From Felis catus (Eukaryota), in the NCBI RefSeq assembly GCF_018350175.1, contig NC_058368.1, forward strand, positions 39,558,001 through 39,622,000: a stretch of DNA of 64,000 nt, given 5' to 3'. Below are positions 1-13,425 of the stretch, piece after piece. Numbering within the stretch: position 1 is the first letter of the stretch; each line of letters begins with the position of its first letter. The translations under genes and the position numbers were made by a program. The notes under the pieces are model-generated. The model was not told the origin of the DNA. It worked only from the letters and a program-made list of their open reading frames with translations, and made no database searches.

Positions 1-19
1 TAAAATAATAATTGTCATT

Positions 20-410
20 CTATTACATCTCACACTTCTGGAGGTTGCCTGTTTTATCCAGGTAGGACTCTTTAGGGGTCTATAATGAGTTCATATTCAG
101 ATGGTGGCTAGGGATGGAGACATTGAATAATTCCTTCCTCATGTGAATGTTGGTTGATGCTGTATGTGGACTGAGACCAGAGCTAAGGCTTTCAGTTAAA
201 AAAGAACAAAAAACAAAAAACCCTACATGAGGTCTTTTCATATGGGTTTCCTCATGTTGTGGTGACTTGGTTCCTGGAGTCGGCATCCCTGGAGAACAAG
301 TCAGTTATCTGGCATTTTTAAGAACTAGCCTCACATGTCACTTAATCTCACTTTCACTATATTCCTTTGGTTAGGTCACAAAGGACTGCCCAGGTTCAAA
401 GGGAGGGCTT
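20..410. mobile_element. Old MaLR LTR fragment (MLT1-like)
   Basis: Degenerate MLT1-type motifs, e.g. 'ctcacacttctggagg', 'ctagcctcacatgtcact...cactttcactatattc' and 'gcccaggttcaaagggaggg'. Boundaries approximate. Confidence 0.5.
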
Positions 411-1029
411 TGTAAGAAGAACACTTGGAATGGAACATACCATGTCAAACACATTTGGAAAATATAATGGACCATACCATGTTACATGTTGAATGTGTAA
501 ATGAACAAAGGGAAGAGAAACAGGACATTCTTGTCATGTTAGCAGCATGTGGAAAACATGGTGGTGATTTCTCCAGCATTCGCTGAATCTTTCCTTTATT
601 AGTTAGCTGCCCTTCTCGTTCCAGGGGCCAGGGACAGTTTAACTGACCTGAGCCAATCAAAAAAATTCTCACCCCCCTCCCCCATGCCAAAGTGATTGCT
701 TCAGGATTAAGTACTTTCCCCAATATGCCAAATCTGGAGGAAGTTCAGGACATTTTTCATGATTAAAAAATCACATTTCCTTTTTCTCAAATATGGATGA
801 AGATTTGTATAATCTAACATCTATTTGAAGCCATCTTAAGTTCATAAATAGAACATGCATTAAATAAATTTGAAACTAACACAGGCAGATAGGACAAATG
901 AGAAGAAATTATGCCTTTGCTACATTATTGATTCACTGGAATGAGCAAACCCTGAAGACTGTTCTACCTTCCAAGTATGTGAGTTAATAATTTCTATACA
1001 ATTTAAGCCAATAGGAATGGAGTTTTCCA

Positions 1030-1270
1030 GAAAGCTAAAAATACCACAGTGAGGGATTTAGACTTTGTGCTGTAGGCAAGATGATACAACTAATTAATTT
1101 GTAACAGAGAGAGAACTGATATTGGCTTTAGAAGGATCAGTTTAGAAGCAGTGTGGAACATACATGGAAAAGCTGCAAAACTGTAGGGTAGTTGCTGGAT
1201 GACTGCAGTGACTCATGAACATGAGAACAGAGTAAGTTACATTTTAGGATTGGGATGGAGAAGACATGTT
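1030..1270 (-). mobile_element. L2 LINE fragment (degenerate)
   Basis: 'gatttagactttgtgctgtaggcaag...ttagaaggatcagtttagaagcagtgtgga' resembles the reverse strand of the L2 3' region. Confidence 0.4.
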
Positions 1271-2211
1271 GAGGAGGTATATTTCATTTTACTTTGTGTT
1301 TTAACATATTTTATAAAAATAATAGTGGAATTTAGGGTAGATGTTTTCTGTTCTTTCTTCTCATACCTTTTATCTTCGTATTTCATCACTTAGTCGTTTT
1401 TTGCATGTCACAGGAGAACTGAGGTGGGCAACATAATTAACAGAGTATCTCCCACGCTCCTTCTTAGAGATAGGATTAGTTAGTGTTCTCTACATAAAAA
1501 TATTTATAAATATAAATAAATTTTCTAAAGCCTTCCAATTGCTGAGGAGAGGCCAAAGAGGTCTCAGGCAATTCTTTCCTGGGGCATGCACTGGGGAAGA
1601 TTATGTTGCCCTCCCAGGCGTTTAAACAATTTCCTGACTGGTAAACTGTAATCCTGGATAAAGTGTGCTTAGAGATTAGCAGCATGGGTTTGCTGTTATT
1701 GCTGTTGTTATTTTCCCTGCTGAGTAGAAACTAAATATCATCTTCCCAGGTGACAAATAGGTCCCAGCCTGGCAATGTGCACGAAGTCTCTTAGATGTAG
1801 TTTCCAAATTGTATGGGCAAATTTGGCACAAGTTAAAATATTGTGAAAAATTGAATAACCTTATCTACCTGAATACAATGGATTAAGAGGCTCTGCTGTG
1901 ATTATATTGTGGCTGCGTCTCTTCTTACTCAAGCTCTTTCTAAAAAAATTCTCTTAAAGTGTCATCTGAGATTTAATCAAGTCCTGGAATACAGATATTG
2001 CCATTTTTTTTTCTCCTAACTAATATGGGGACACCAGATGGGGGAAAAAATTATAACTACCAACACGGTTTAGATTTTGATGAATCCAAAAATTATAATA
2101 CAGTGATGTAATTTAGATCCAAAGTGGTAGGTCTGGAAAGAACAACTTCGGATTCACTTGTTTTTCCTTGAAACATCAAGAGGTAACAATAACTAAGAAG
2201 TAAGAAACTGA

Positions 2212-2432
2212 GGGGTGCCTGGGTGGCTCAGTCAGGTAAGCATCCGACTTTGGCTCAGGTCATGGTCTCACAGTTCATGGGTTCAAGCCCCGCATCGGGC
2301 TCTGTGCTGACAGCTCAGAGCCTGGAATCTGCTTGGGATTCTGTGTCTCCCCCTCTCTCTGCCCCTCCCCTGCTCTCTCTCTCTCAAAAATAAATAAACA
2401 TTAAAAAAAGAATTTAAAAAAATAAAAAAAAG
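2212..2432 (+). mobile_element. Can-SINE (SINEC_Fc-type)
   Basis: GGGGTGCCTGGGTGGCTCAG head, B-box GGTTCAAGCCC, (CT)n tract, AATAAA and A tail. TSD aagaaactga at 2202-2211 and 2433-2442. Confidence 0.97.
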
Positions 2433-3487
2433 AAGAAACTGAAATCTTGTCCCTCAAAGTTTCTAAATGTTATTGTATTCATTAAACTTGATATTAGGTA
2501 TCTCGAAGAACAATAATGCATTGTTCATTTTTTTAAATAGATATATAACAAACCACCATATGCAGTCTATGTGCACTATTTTCCTCCCCAATTATGGCAA
2601 ATCTATAAAACCAATTGTCTTCCTTTTCAATTATTCTCTTAAAGAGGTTTTTATTTCCCTGTGGATACTCACTGATCTCTGCTGAATATACATGAAGATG
2701 ATTTGGTCCCTCATATGACTTCTTAAGCAAGCCAACACTAACTACTACCACTGTTACCAAGTCTGCTCCGCAAGCCAAAGTGTGTGTCTCCCCAGATACA
2801 GTTTTAAACAAACATAACCCTGCAGGTGTCTTTGAACAAGCTTGAAGGAAAACTACATATAATTAGGCATTCTACTTTGCCCCCAGAGTTTGAGGAAGCA
2901 CCTTTGTTAAACTAATTAAGGTGATATTGGTGGTGGCAGGGGACAAGAAACCAACCAAAAAGAGAACATGGAAATCTAATCTGGTTCTTTGTACCCAGGG
3001 AGAGATTCCATCAAAGTTTGGAGGATTGCAGTTCAAAGTCCCCATCTCAGTCAAAGCATATTTTGAAAATGCTTTCTTCAGAAATTTTGTATTAGAGAAT
3101 TTCTTCACAGATAAGGAATAACTGAAACTAAAATTAGTTAAGTAATTTGTTGAAGACACTGTAATGCAGTATTGCTTTTCTCTGTTGAATCTGGTTGAAT
3201 TCATGAGTTAACTTAAGATTCCATCAAGGCCTTTGACAGAAAAGGTTTAGTTAATTACATTTTCAATTCAATCACAAGAGACAAGGATGTTTATATTTTC
3301 TGTATCATTTATTTATGTCCCCATTTCCTATTAATTTTTCACTGCCCTAATAGGCATCCTCCCCTTTGGGTTGTTTTGTTCAGATTTATTTTAAATCATA
3401 ATCAATGATATTGATCTATATATCTCATTCAGTATATATATTTTTCTTTTTCATTAAGCATTGTGGGGGTATTTTTTGTTTGTTTGT

Positions 3488-3602
3488 TTATTGAAGAATA
3501 ACTGACATACAGTTTTGCATTACTTTCAAGTTTACAACATCGTGATTCAACATTTATATAAATAACAAAATGATCACCACACTAAGTGTGGTTACCATCT
3601 GT
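3488..3602 (-). mobile_element. L1 3' terminal fragment (L1_Carn/L1MA-like)
   Basis: T-rich tail followed by 'ttgaagaataactgacatacag...ttcaagtttacaacatcgtgattcaacattt', the reverse of an L1 3' UTR end. Confidence 0.7.
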
Positions 3603-3912
3603 GTTCCCACTGTATTTTAAATTATATCCATGGTGTTGGGTGTGCATTGAGTTTCATGATTCAAACAACTACCTGGTACTACATGGCAGAAACCCACATT
3701 GCCACCTACACTCTACCACCACAAACAAGCGCTACAAATATCTTTGCATATATACTTTATAAATCTATGTGCATATTTCTCCAGAACATTATTCAAAAGT
3801 AGGGTTACTAGAGTATACATGCACACACACACGCACACACACACACACAAACACACAAATATTCCCAGATTGCTCTCGTCAGTGACTAAACCTGCCTGTA
3901 TCCATTCTCCAT

Positions 3913-3915
<3 letters not shown>

Positions 3916-3957
<42 letters not shown>
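3916..3957. repeat. (TA)n microsatellite
   Basis: Perfect run of about 21 TA units. Confidence 0.98.
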
Positions 3958-3960
<3 letters not shown>

Positions 3961-5341
3961 AAACTAAAAATAAAGGTATTTAGTGATCATGAAATTGATA
4001 AAGGTTTAAATTAAGTAATTAATTGTATATTTTGTTAAGTATCTTCAATTATAAACTACTTTCTGGCTGAAAGATGTCATCACATGGCAGTATACTAATG
4101 TTGAAATCCAAGGGACACAGAGTCAGTATACATTCAATATATATGTTTGATAGAATACACACATATTCGTATCAAATGCATGGAAAATCAGAAAAAATAT
4201 AAATCATATGTATGAAATTTAATGGAAAAAACTACCTGAGAGAATATATGTGTGTTCTCCATCAAATTTCAAGTGTATGTGTGTGTGTTTGTATGTGTAT
4301 GTATTTATTTTGTTTTAAATTTATATATGTCTGTGTGTGTATATATGTTATATATATATACATATATATATATTAATAGCACTTTGAAAAATTAAGATAT
4401 ATGGTTAACAAAAATATCTTCTTTCTGTCCATCATTCTTTGAATTACTCAGGTAAAAGTAAGCAAAATTTATTTCTGTGGCAATTCTATTTTAAACTGGC
4501 AAGGGTAATACGAAAAACAGAAAATAACTCCTACGTTTATTAATTTTTCTTTGGTAGTTTAACTTGCTGGGTTTGCAAATTGTTGAGCCTGAGAGCTATA
4601 TATCAACTTAAGAATGCTCCCTGGGTTCCTTTCTAGTGCATTTATAGTGCCAAGGATAGATTGATCAAATGCATAAACCAATAAAGTTATTTTAAAAGAA
4701 AATCATTAATCCAGAGTTGTGATGTGATAAAGTTCCAGACAGAAAAGGGAAGAATTATTCCATTATATGTTTTTAAAAGATGATTTATGGAATAATTCAA
4801 ATGATAGAACACTAGGAATAAATATTTAAATAAAAAAGAAATACTTCCTAATCTTAATTTTCTTAGGGCTTTTTAAATGTCAAAAAATAATAATTTTTTC
4901 AGCATAAAAATATCATTATATGATATAAAATATGGAAGTAATCAAACATACAAACAAAACCACTCATAAAAGCACTATACTAACAGAATTACTGTAGCAG
5001 GATGAATGATTATTCTTCCCAATTTTTCCCTTCTCATGGAGTTGTTATCATAGGATATAAAATTTTATGTACTTTTTTTGCTTCATAGTAATTTGTATAT
5101 ACATCTTCCATGTTTCCATGTAGTCTATTAATTTCAATTTTAATGTATGCAATCTCAAGCTAAAGTAGGTATACTCTGATCCTCTGAGTTAGTTCTCTAT
5201 TGTTGGATATTTGGAAATCTTCCTACATAATTATAATTACAGATAATATAGTTTGAAATATCTTCTTTATTTAAATTACATTATTTTCCCTATGACATTG
5301 TATAAATTGTTATTAGATTTGAATTATTGGCCAAAATGGTT

Positions 5342-5690
5342 CTCTTAGTCCATTTCAGACTGCTATAGCAAAATACCATATAGTGGGTGGCTTATAAGCA
5401 ACAGATATTTATTTCTCACAGTTCTGGAGTCTGGGAAGTCCAAGATCAAGGCATTGACACATTCAAAGTCCAGTGAAGGCTCCATGCCTGGTTTACAGAC
5501 AGCTGTCTTCCAGTCTTATAGTGCTGATCTCACATAGCAGAAGGATTAGAGAGCTGTGTGCAGTCTCTTTTGTAAGGCATTAATCACAATTATGAGGGCT
5601 CCACCCTTATCTAATCACCTCCTAATACCATCACTTGGGGGATTAGGCTTCAATGCCTGAATTTTGAGAGGACACAAACATTCAGTCTAA
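5342..5690 (-). mobile_element. MaLR solo LTR (MLT1A-like)
   Basis: Starts 'tcttagtccatttcagactgctatagcaaaataccata...atttatttctcacagttctggagtctgggaagtccaagatcaagg' and ends 'gacacaaacattcagtc', the reverse of the MLT1A start. Confidence 0.85.
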
Positions 5691-6582
5691 ATGGTATAAA
5701 TGATTTAAGGTTTTAAGGCTGCGTTACCAACATATTTTCCAAAAAGTTATTTGTATCTATAGCGTCAATAGAAATGTGTCAGTAAGGTATGTTTCTTTAC
5801 TCTGAAATTGGATGTTTAATTTAAAAGCTACAATGAGCTTGAACATTTCTTCTTTACATCCTTAACATTTCTTACCAATTATATTAAATTTACTTTATCA
5901 ATGGTTTAATAATGTTTTTATTACCCTGTTCATTTTTAAATTATTTTTTATTTTGAAAATAAATTACTCTCACATATTATAATGAATTGCTATCTAATTA
6001 TGTTTAAATAATTCAAAATATATCAACCTATATTTCATTGCTCAGATGTGATCTTTTTTATTCTGAAAACACATTAATGCCAGTGTTTTGGATATTTAAA
6101 ATGTAATTATGATTTTTTTACTAGAAATATTCTTACAATAATATTCACCCTACATAAATAGGAAATATATTATTCTCTATAATAATAATAATAATGTCTT
6201 TATTGCCAGAGTGACATCTAGATCAGGCTCACAGAAACGTAACTGGCTTGGAGTAAAAATTGTTATATTGTCTTTGCAGTTGGAAATAAAAGGTTTAAAA
6301 ATTGTGTGGTTTCTGGTCATATAAAATTTCATTAATATGATTGAAAAATCCAGGTGAAAGTGTCCCTTTTGCCAGTAAGTGTATATGCAACTATGTCTTA
6401 TTTTTTCTCCTTGATCACATCAAGCTGTTTTTAAGATTACTGGCCAGCATAATGAGGGGAGAGAAATGAGTACTGTGAGCCACAAACAGCTTGTAAGGTG
6501 CATAAAATGCCTTAACAATCTGAACAAAGTTGTTGATCATCCAGACTCATGAAATATTTTTTCTTCAAAATGTTGGGTTTTT

Positions 6583-7522
6583 TAAAGCATAGTTGACATA
6601 TGTGATATTAGTTTCAGGTGTACGACATGGTGATTACACAATTCTGTATCTTACACTATGCTCACCATAATAAATATAGTTACCATTGGTCACCATAAAA
6701 CATTATTATAAAATTACTGACTATATTCCTTATGTTGTGTTTTTTATCCCCGTGAGTATTTTACAAGCTAGAAGTTTGTACTTCTTAACCCCTTCACCTA
6801 TTTCGCTCATTCCCTCACCTTCCCTTCCCCCTTTGGCAACCACCAGTTTAATCTCAGTATTTATGAGTCTGTTTCTAATTTTTGTTCATTAATTTGTTTT
6901 GCTTTTTAGTTTCCACATATAAATGAGATCATAGAATTTTGTCTTTCACTGTCTGACATTTCATTTATTGCAAATACTCTAGAGATCCATCCATGCTGTG
7001 GCAAATGGCAAGATCTTCTTTTTTGTGACTAATATTCCATAGCATAACTATATACCACATCTTCTTTATCCACACATCTATCCATGGACACTCAAGGTGG
7101 TTTGCATATCTTGGCTATTGTAAATAATGCTGCAGTAAGCATAGGGGTGCATATATGTTTCCGAATTAGTGCTTTTGTTTTCTTTATGTAAATATCTAGC
7201 AGTGGAATTATTGGATCATACAAGATTTCTATTTTTAACTTTTTGAGGAAACTCCATACTGTTTTTCACAATGGCTCCATCAGTTTGCATTCCCACCAAC
7301 AGTGCACGAGTCTTCCTCTTTCTCCACATCCTCACCAACACTTGTTGTTTCTTGTCTTTTTGATTTTTGTCATTCTGACAAGTGTTAGGTGGTATCTCAT
7401 TATGGTTTTGATTTACATTTTCCTTATAATTAGTGATGTTGAACATCTTTTCATATGTCTGTTGGCCATCTGTATATCTTGTTTGGAAAACTCTTCATGT
7501 CCTCTGCCCATTTTTAATTGGA
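6583..7522 (-). mobile_element. 5'-truncated L1 (3' UTR plus ORF2 C-terminal remnant)
   Basis: ORF 7216-7446(-) '...[36 protein letters not shown]' is a frameshifted L1 ORF2 C-terminus. Typical antisense L1 text 'ccatactgtttttcacaatggc...cattcccaccaacagtg'. Confidence 0.92.
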
Positions 7523-7549
7523 TAATCCAGAGGATTTTTTGGTTAACTC

Positions 7550-7800
7550 AGTGGTCATCTACCCAACAAGTATTTATTGCATATCTACTATATGCCAGGT
7601 ACATCAAAGACAAAAGCAAATAGTAACCCTCATGGAGCTTACATCTTAAAGTAGATATAAAATAAACTAGTAATATCAGATAATAATAGAGAGTAAGAGA
7701 GTGAGGGTGGTGTGTGTGTGTGTGGAAAGGAGATGCAGAGAAGAATTTTCTATAGTGTGTTTATTGAAGGCCTGCCTATCTAAGGAGATGACATTGAGCA
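7550..7800 (-). mobile_element. L2 3' fragment
   Basis: 'caacaagtatttattgcatatctactatatgccagg...ccctcatggagcttaca' matches the reverse of the L2 3' end. Confidence 0.6.
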
Positions 7801-8749
7801 ATTTTTTTAAAGTTTTTATTTTAAGATATTATGTAAGTAATTATGGCTTTTTAAAAAATAACCTAAACTCAAGCGCAGTTAATGAGATGAAAAAAGAAGG
7901 AACAGGCTAGTATTGCTGACTATGACACAAGGAAATTTAAAATTAAAAACACTAAGTGAAAGAGGAGAGAGTATGTAATACACATGACTGGAAGCTGCAC
8001 TAAAAACTTTTTGGACCAGCTGTCTGTCACATACAGTTGTGCAGATGATGTTTACATCCTGCATAATGCTAACAGGTGCCATCCATAATGCAGGGGCTAG
8101 TATCTTGGCCATAGATAACCTGTGCTAGAGCCTTTTCAGAGAATCTGTAAGGGTGCAAGTTACAGGGTATGAACTTCTCCTTGGATTGTTCCTGAAGAGA
8201 GGGAGAAGAGAATGAAGACATGCAAACTAAGGTCATTTACTTCCCCTTACTATGGAAGACTATACTAGAAGGCATCAAGTCCCTCCATCTACCACTCCAG
8301 AGTCATGACTCCATCCGCATTATCCATTCTGGCACTTTCACGTCCCATCATGTCAACACTGCAGAAAGAACGGTCTCTTTGGGCTATCTCCAAGCACTTA
8401 TGCCCTGTTTCCTTCCAGATGCTGCCTCACTCAAACACCACTTTCTCTTACGTTTGTAAGTCTCTTCCTTTCTATCACGTGTTACAAGAAAAAAAAAACA
8501 CCTTATAAGTCTGTTCAAGCCTTGTTCATTTTAAATAAGCCATAAAAATCCTGTCTGAATAACTCACTTCACTTTTTTTTATTAGCCTTTTTAAAACATT
8601 TTCCTGGAAAGAATAGGATAAACTCCCAATTTTCGTTTCCTCACTTGCTAGTATTTTTCTAATACCATGTTTCAACTTTGATTGCTTTCCAGACTTTCCT
8701 TCCACCAATATTAAATTTTAGTCACACAGGGTTACATGCCCGCTTCCTT

Positions 8750-8894
8750 GTACTATTGACCTTAAGGAAGAAATCTTACTCGATTTATCTAGACTTACTC
8801 GATTTAGTAAGTCTAGAATAGGCATATAGTGGGAGTTCCATAAATATTTGATGAATAACAGATTGTTCGAATGAATGAATGAATGAATGAATGA
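8750..8894 (+). mobile_element. L2 3' end with (GAAT)n tail
   Basis: 'ggcatatagtgggagttccataaatatttgatgaata' followed by (GAAT)n at 8869-8894. Confidence 0.6.
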
Positions 8895-9814
8895 AAAAAT
8901 GCTAAGTGGCTAGATGTCAGCTATATAGCCTAACCACTATTTAATTCAGCACAACAAATGAGAACCTACCATCTGTGAGACACTCTGATATGACCTTGTA
9001 GTGTAAAGGCAAACAAATCAAAAGTCTTATAATGGCTTTGGCATTAATTTAGCACAAGAATTAAAAATGGTGACATAAATCACAAATGCAGTGTAAGTTG
9101 CTACAAAGAGACATACAAGGAATTACTCGACACTCCAGAGGAAAGATTAATATATCTATCAGAAATGGACAAATAAGACAATGTGGAGTAAGTGATATTT
9201 GAAAAAAAAAACTTAGAGAAATAGATGTTCTCCAGGTAGATTAACATACAAACCATTCAGGTAGAGAGAAAGGCATGTAAAAAGAATGCTGAATAAAAAA
9301 CTGCTACATAGGGAGCAATGGCAAGTGAAGTATGGAGGTGCTCGCACGAAGTTATTGGTTATTTATTATATTTATTACTGGTTATTTATTATATTAGTAG
9401 GAGTTTATTAAGAGTGACTTGGTCACACCTGTATATATATTTTAAAAAGAGATTATTCTGAAAGCAAAATGGGGGATCAGGAAAGTAAAGAATATTAAAA
9501 TTTACTATTTTTCAGGCATTCTGGTAAAATTTTCCAATTTATTATTCTACTTTTCATCCTAGCACTTATAATTACACAATATTACAGACGAATAATCTAG
9601 GGGATTAAAAAATACTTACCAAATATACATAGGAGCTTGGATTTGAATTGTTATTGTTGAATCTAAACTATGTATTTTAAATAATCAACTATACTACCTG
9701 TCACAAGAAAAGTCATAGCCATTTAGAGAATATCTGTCATGAAATTCATTCTATGCTATATTTTTAAATCTATTCTCACATTTTGTCTCATGACATGACC
9801 ATATGAAAACAATG

Positions 9815-9935
9815 AGTATTCCCATTTTATGGATGAGCAAACTGAGATTTGATGGTTGGGTAACACACTCAGGTTTATACAAATAGTCACAAAAACCTGT
9901 CTGTTTTCTAATTCCAATGCTTACTCTACTCTAAG
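9815..9935 (-). mobile_element. MIR fragment
   Basis: MIR core 'cccattttatggatgagcaaactgaga...gtaacacactcagg'. Confidence 0.65.
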
Positions 9936-10799
9936 ACATCATAATAAATCACAAGCCATAACTAAATTGGAAGTAGATGTCTAGAAAAAAGATAAGAATT
10001 ACAGAAATGTGCATTTATGCAGCAAAACTAGATTGCTATTTGAATGAATATTAGGAAACAGGTGGGAAATAAGAGGAAGAATGAAGTCAGTGATATGCTA
10101 GGGGTGTCTATGAAAAATGAACTCCAATCAAAGTAACGATATATCATATTTGATTTGTGTTGTTGAAATTGTTGATTTACAATATTGATGCAAAACATCA
10201 TACTAATTTGATACAATTTTTTTCAAAGAGAAAAAAAGCCTCCTGGAAATTGTAGAGCATTTCTCACTGAGTTACTATTTTGCAGCAAGATAGATACAAA
10301 AGTATATTTGTGATCAATCTTTTTGACTATTGAAACATAAATCATTCTGCACCACCGATTATATTTTCTGAAAATAAGTTAGGTAAAACGTATTAAAACT
10401 ATTTTTAAAACTCTTCTGACTTCTGGATGAGTGGCATTCTCAAAACAACAGTCAAATTTAAATGTTTATATCCCTGTTTAGCAAGAATAAGAGCTCAGCA
10501 TATTATTGACATAATTCTTATTAGCAGTATTACCTAGTTGATAATTAAAATTTTCCTATGTGAATCATATCAAAGACGATGTTGTTTTTTAAATGTATTA
10601 TATGAATTTACCATTTTATATATTTGAAAACTTGATTAATCACAGTTGAGGTAAACTTCATAATTAGAGTGTCTTACTTGTAAATATCAAATACAAAATA
10701 CAAAAATTAACAAATTCTAATGACTAAAATCGAATTTTCACATGAACTCTCAATACATTGAATTTTTAAAATTATTTTTTGAAACATTTATAAGAATTT

Positions 10800-10872
10800 A
10801 TCCATCTATCTATCTATCTATCATCTACTTATCTATCGTCTATCATCTATTTATCTATCATCTATCATCTAC
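10800..10872. repeat. Imperfect (TCTA)n microsatellite
   Basis: tctatctatctatctatcatcta... tract. Confidence 0.9.
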
Positions 10873-10984
10873 ATAAAGTGCCTCAGGAACAAAGTAAATC
10901 AGAAGGCAGTAGATGGACATGGCATCACAGAATGATAATTTTGAATTAAATTCAATGTCAGAGGCTACTGTATTCTATCTGTTC

Positions 10985-11415
10985 CTTTATGAATATAGAC
11001 ACAAAGTTCCTCAACAAAACACTAACAAACAGAATGCAGCAACATATAAAAATTTATATGCCATGACCAATTGTAAAGGTAGATTAACATCTGAGTATCA
11101 CTGAATGTAATACATCATAATAATATAATAAAGGACAAAAACCACATGCTTATCTCAAAAGTCACAGAATATAATCATTTAACAAAGCCGACGAACCCCC
11201 TATGATGATAAAATGACTCCACATAACTAGGTAAATGAAACATCCTCAATCTGGTAAAGAACCTCTAAAAAACCCACAGGTAGCATAACCCTTAATGATG
11301 AAAGACTGAATGCTCTCACTAAGGTCATGATGAAGACAAGCTGTCTAATACCATAATCTTTTGAAAATTATACTAGCAGTAATAATCTGGGAAATTAGGC
11401 AAGAAATAATAAAAA
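10985..11415 (+). mobile_element. Old L1 ORF2 (reverse transcriptase region) fragment
   Basis: 'atgaatatagacacaaagttcctcaacaaaacactaacaaacagaatgcagcaacatataaaa' corresponds to the L1 ORF2 '[21 protein letters not shown]' region. Many stops. Confidence 0.8.
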
Positions 11416-12041
11416 GAATTTTCCAGGTTTATAAAAATATTTTAATAATTAGAGCTGCTTCATCATAAAACTATTTACCTTGACATTTACACTTCTCCAC
11501 TGGCCCCAAGTTATATTTTGGTTTTATATTACATGATTTTCCCATATAAAATACATCTTGGCAATAAATAACTATGTTTATAGAAACCCCACTTTTTTGG
11601 GGGGCTTTTCCCACTATATTTCCTTTGACTCTGCAGTTTTCAAGATTGTATATTACTCTACAAGCTAAAAATGAATTTCATCATTTTGATACCCTTCCTA
11701 GTGTCCTATATGCCAACCCTCATTAAAATTATTCAGCCATATCTTCTGTGACATATTTATCAGATGTGATGTTATGTGATATTATGTGAGTTATAAGTGT
11801 TTTATTTATATTTCAAAATAATGTTATTAAAATTTTTGTTGTTTTTCTCCCACATGCCATTGTAGAATAGACTGCAAATCAAACACATTTGTATTCTTGG
11901 TAAATAACACCATTCCTGGTACAAAAGAGTGGTAGGGGGAACATAATAGTGAGGATGGAATAGACCCTCGTCAGGAATTATAGAAAAAGGACAACTGATA
12001 ATGGATCAGATTGTGGTTTAATATATTCGAAGGAATTTTCT

Positions 12042-12257
12042 TTTTCTATTGATTGATTGATTGATTGAGAGTGTGTGTGTATGTGTGGGTGTATGTGTGT
12101 GTGAGAGAGAGCAGAGGAGGGAAAGAGAGAAGCCCAAGCAGGCTCCAAGCTGGCAGTGAATAGCACAACGTGGAGCTCGATCCCACAAACTGTGAGATCG
12201 TGACCTGAACAGAAATCAAGAGTTGGAGCTTAACCTACCGAGCCACCCAGATGCCCC
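12042..12257 (-). mobile_element. Can-SINE
   Basis: Reverse head 'gagccacccagatgcccc'. TSD attc(g/t)aaggaattttct at 12025-12041 and 12259-12275. Confidence 0.95.
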
Positions 12258-12589
12258 AATTCTAAGGAATTTTCTAAATCCATGAATCGAAGTGGTAATT
12301 GTGAGGTTAGTATACATTATTTTCCAAATAATTATAACATTGTAATTATATTCACGTGGCCTGCAGAGTTATAATATTAAAAGCACAAATAGTGCTATGA
12401 GCATGTGATTCTGTAGTAAAACACACCTGGAATTTATTTTGATAAAATTTCATATGCAAGAATAACACGTATATAGAAAAATTCATGAAATGTGCTTCTT
12501 GATGAGTGTAAGAGTGAATACTACAAAGTAATCACTACTCAAGCCAGGAAAGGGAGAACTAATAGAACTACAGGTTTTTTCCTCTGCTT

Positions 12590-13425
12590 GCTTTCAAATG
12601 TTTCTCTTTGCCTTCATTTTTCTGCAGTTTGAATATATGTCTACATGTTGATTTTTTTGTATTTATCCTTCTTGGTGTTTTTATGGCTTTTGTGTATCTT
12701 TGGTTTTGTGTTTCTCATTAATTGCAGAAAATTCTCAGCCCTTATAACCTCAAATATTCCCTCTTCTTTTCTTCTCTATTCTTCTTCCAGTATTTCCATT
12801 ATGGTACAGCTTTTGTAATTGTCCCAGAGTTCCCATATATTGTTTCATGTTTTTTTCAGTTTTTTCTTTGCTTTTCAGTTTGGGAAGTTTTTATTGACTT
12901 ATCTTACACTATTACCGAGTTTTTGATTCCTAGGCTTTCTTTTGATTCTTTTGAGAGTCATTTCTCTCCTTACATTACCCATTTATTCTTGCACATTGTC
13001 ATCTTTTTCTCTTAGAGTCCTCAGCACATTACTAATCACGTTATTTTAAATTCCCTGTCTAATCGTCCCAAAGTCTATGCCATATCTGTGTCTGGTTCTG
13101 ATGCTTCCTTTGTCTCTTCAGACTGTTTCACGCCTTTTAACTTCCTTGTAATTTTTTGTAGAAAGCTGAACATAATGTACTGGGTAAAAGGAAAGAGGCC
13201 TTTAATGTGAGGTTTTTTATTTATTTGGCTGGGAGTTAGACCGTTTACAGTCTGTGCTACTGTGGATGTCAGCGGCTAAGATTTCCTCTGCTGCCTTTGT
13301 TTTCTGTTTGCCCTGTTGCCTTTGAGTTTCCCTGAAGACTTCTTAAAAAGTACCCGAGCCTTGAAGTTCTTTCCACTGCAATCTCCTGTTATTTTATGGG
13401 AGCCTGATTGATGTAGACATAAGGT
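12590..13425 (-). mobile_element. Old L1 (L1MC/L1ME-like) 5'/ORF1-region fragment
   Basis: T-rich antisense L1 signature 'gcagtttgaatatatgtctac...gtatttatccttcttggtgtt...aaattctcagcccttataacctcaaatatt'. Confidence 0.7.

Noticed and set aside
2212..2290. tRNA genes at SINE heads
   Set aside because: The A/B boxes belong to tRNA-derived Can-SINEs and continue into the SINE body and poly(A) tail. No standalone cloverleaf.
7216..7623. Overlapping 76-aa and 126-aa ORFs
   Set aside because: Sense and antisense translations of a decayed L1 ORF2 end, not host genes.
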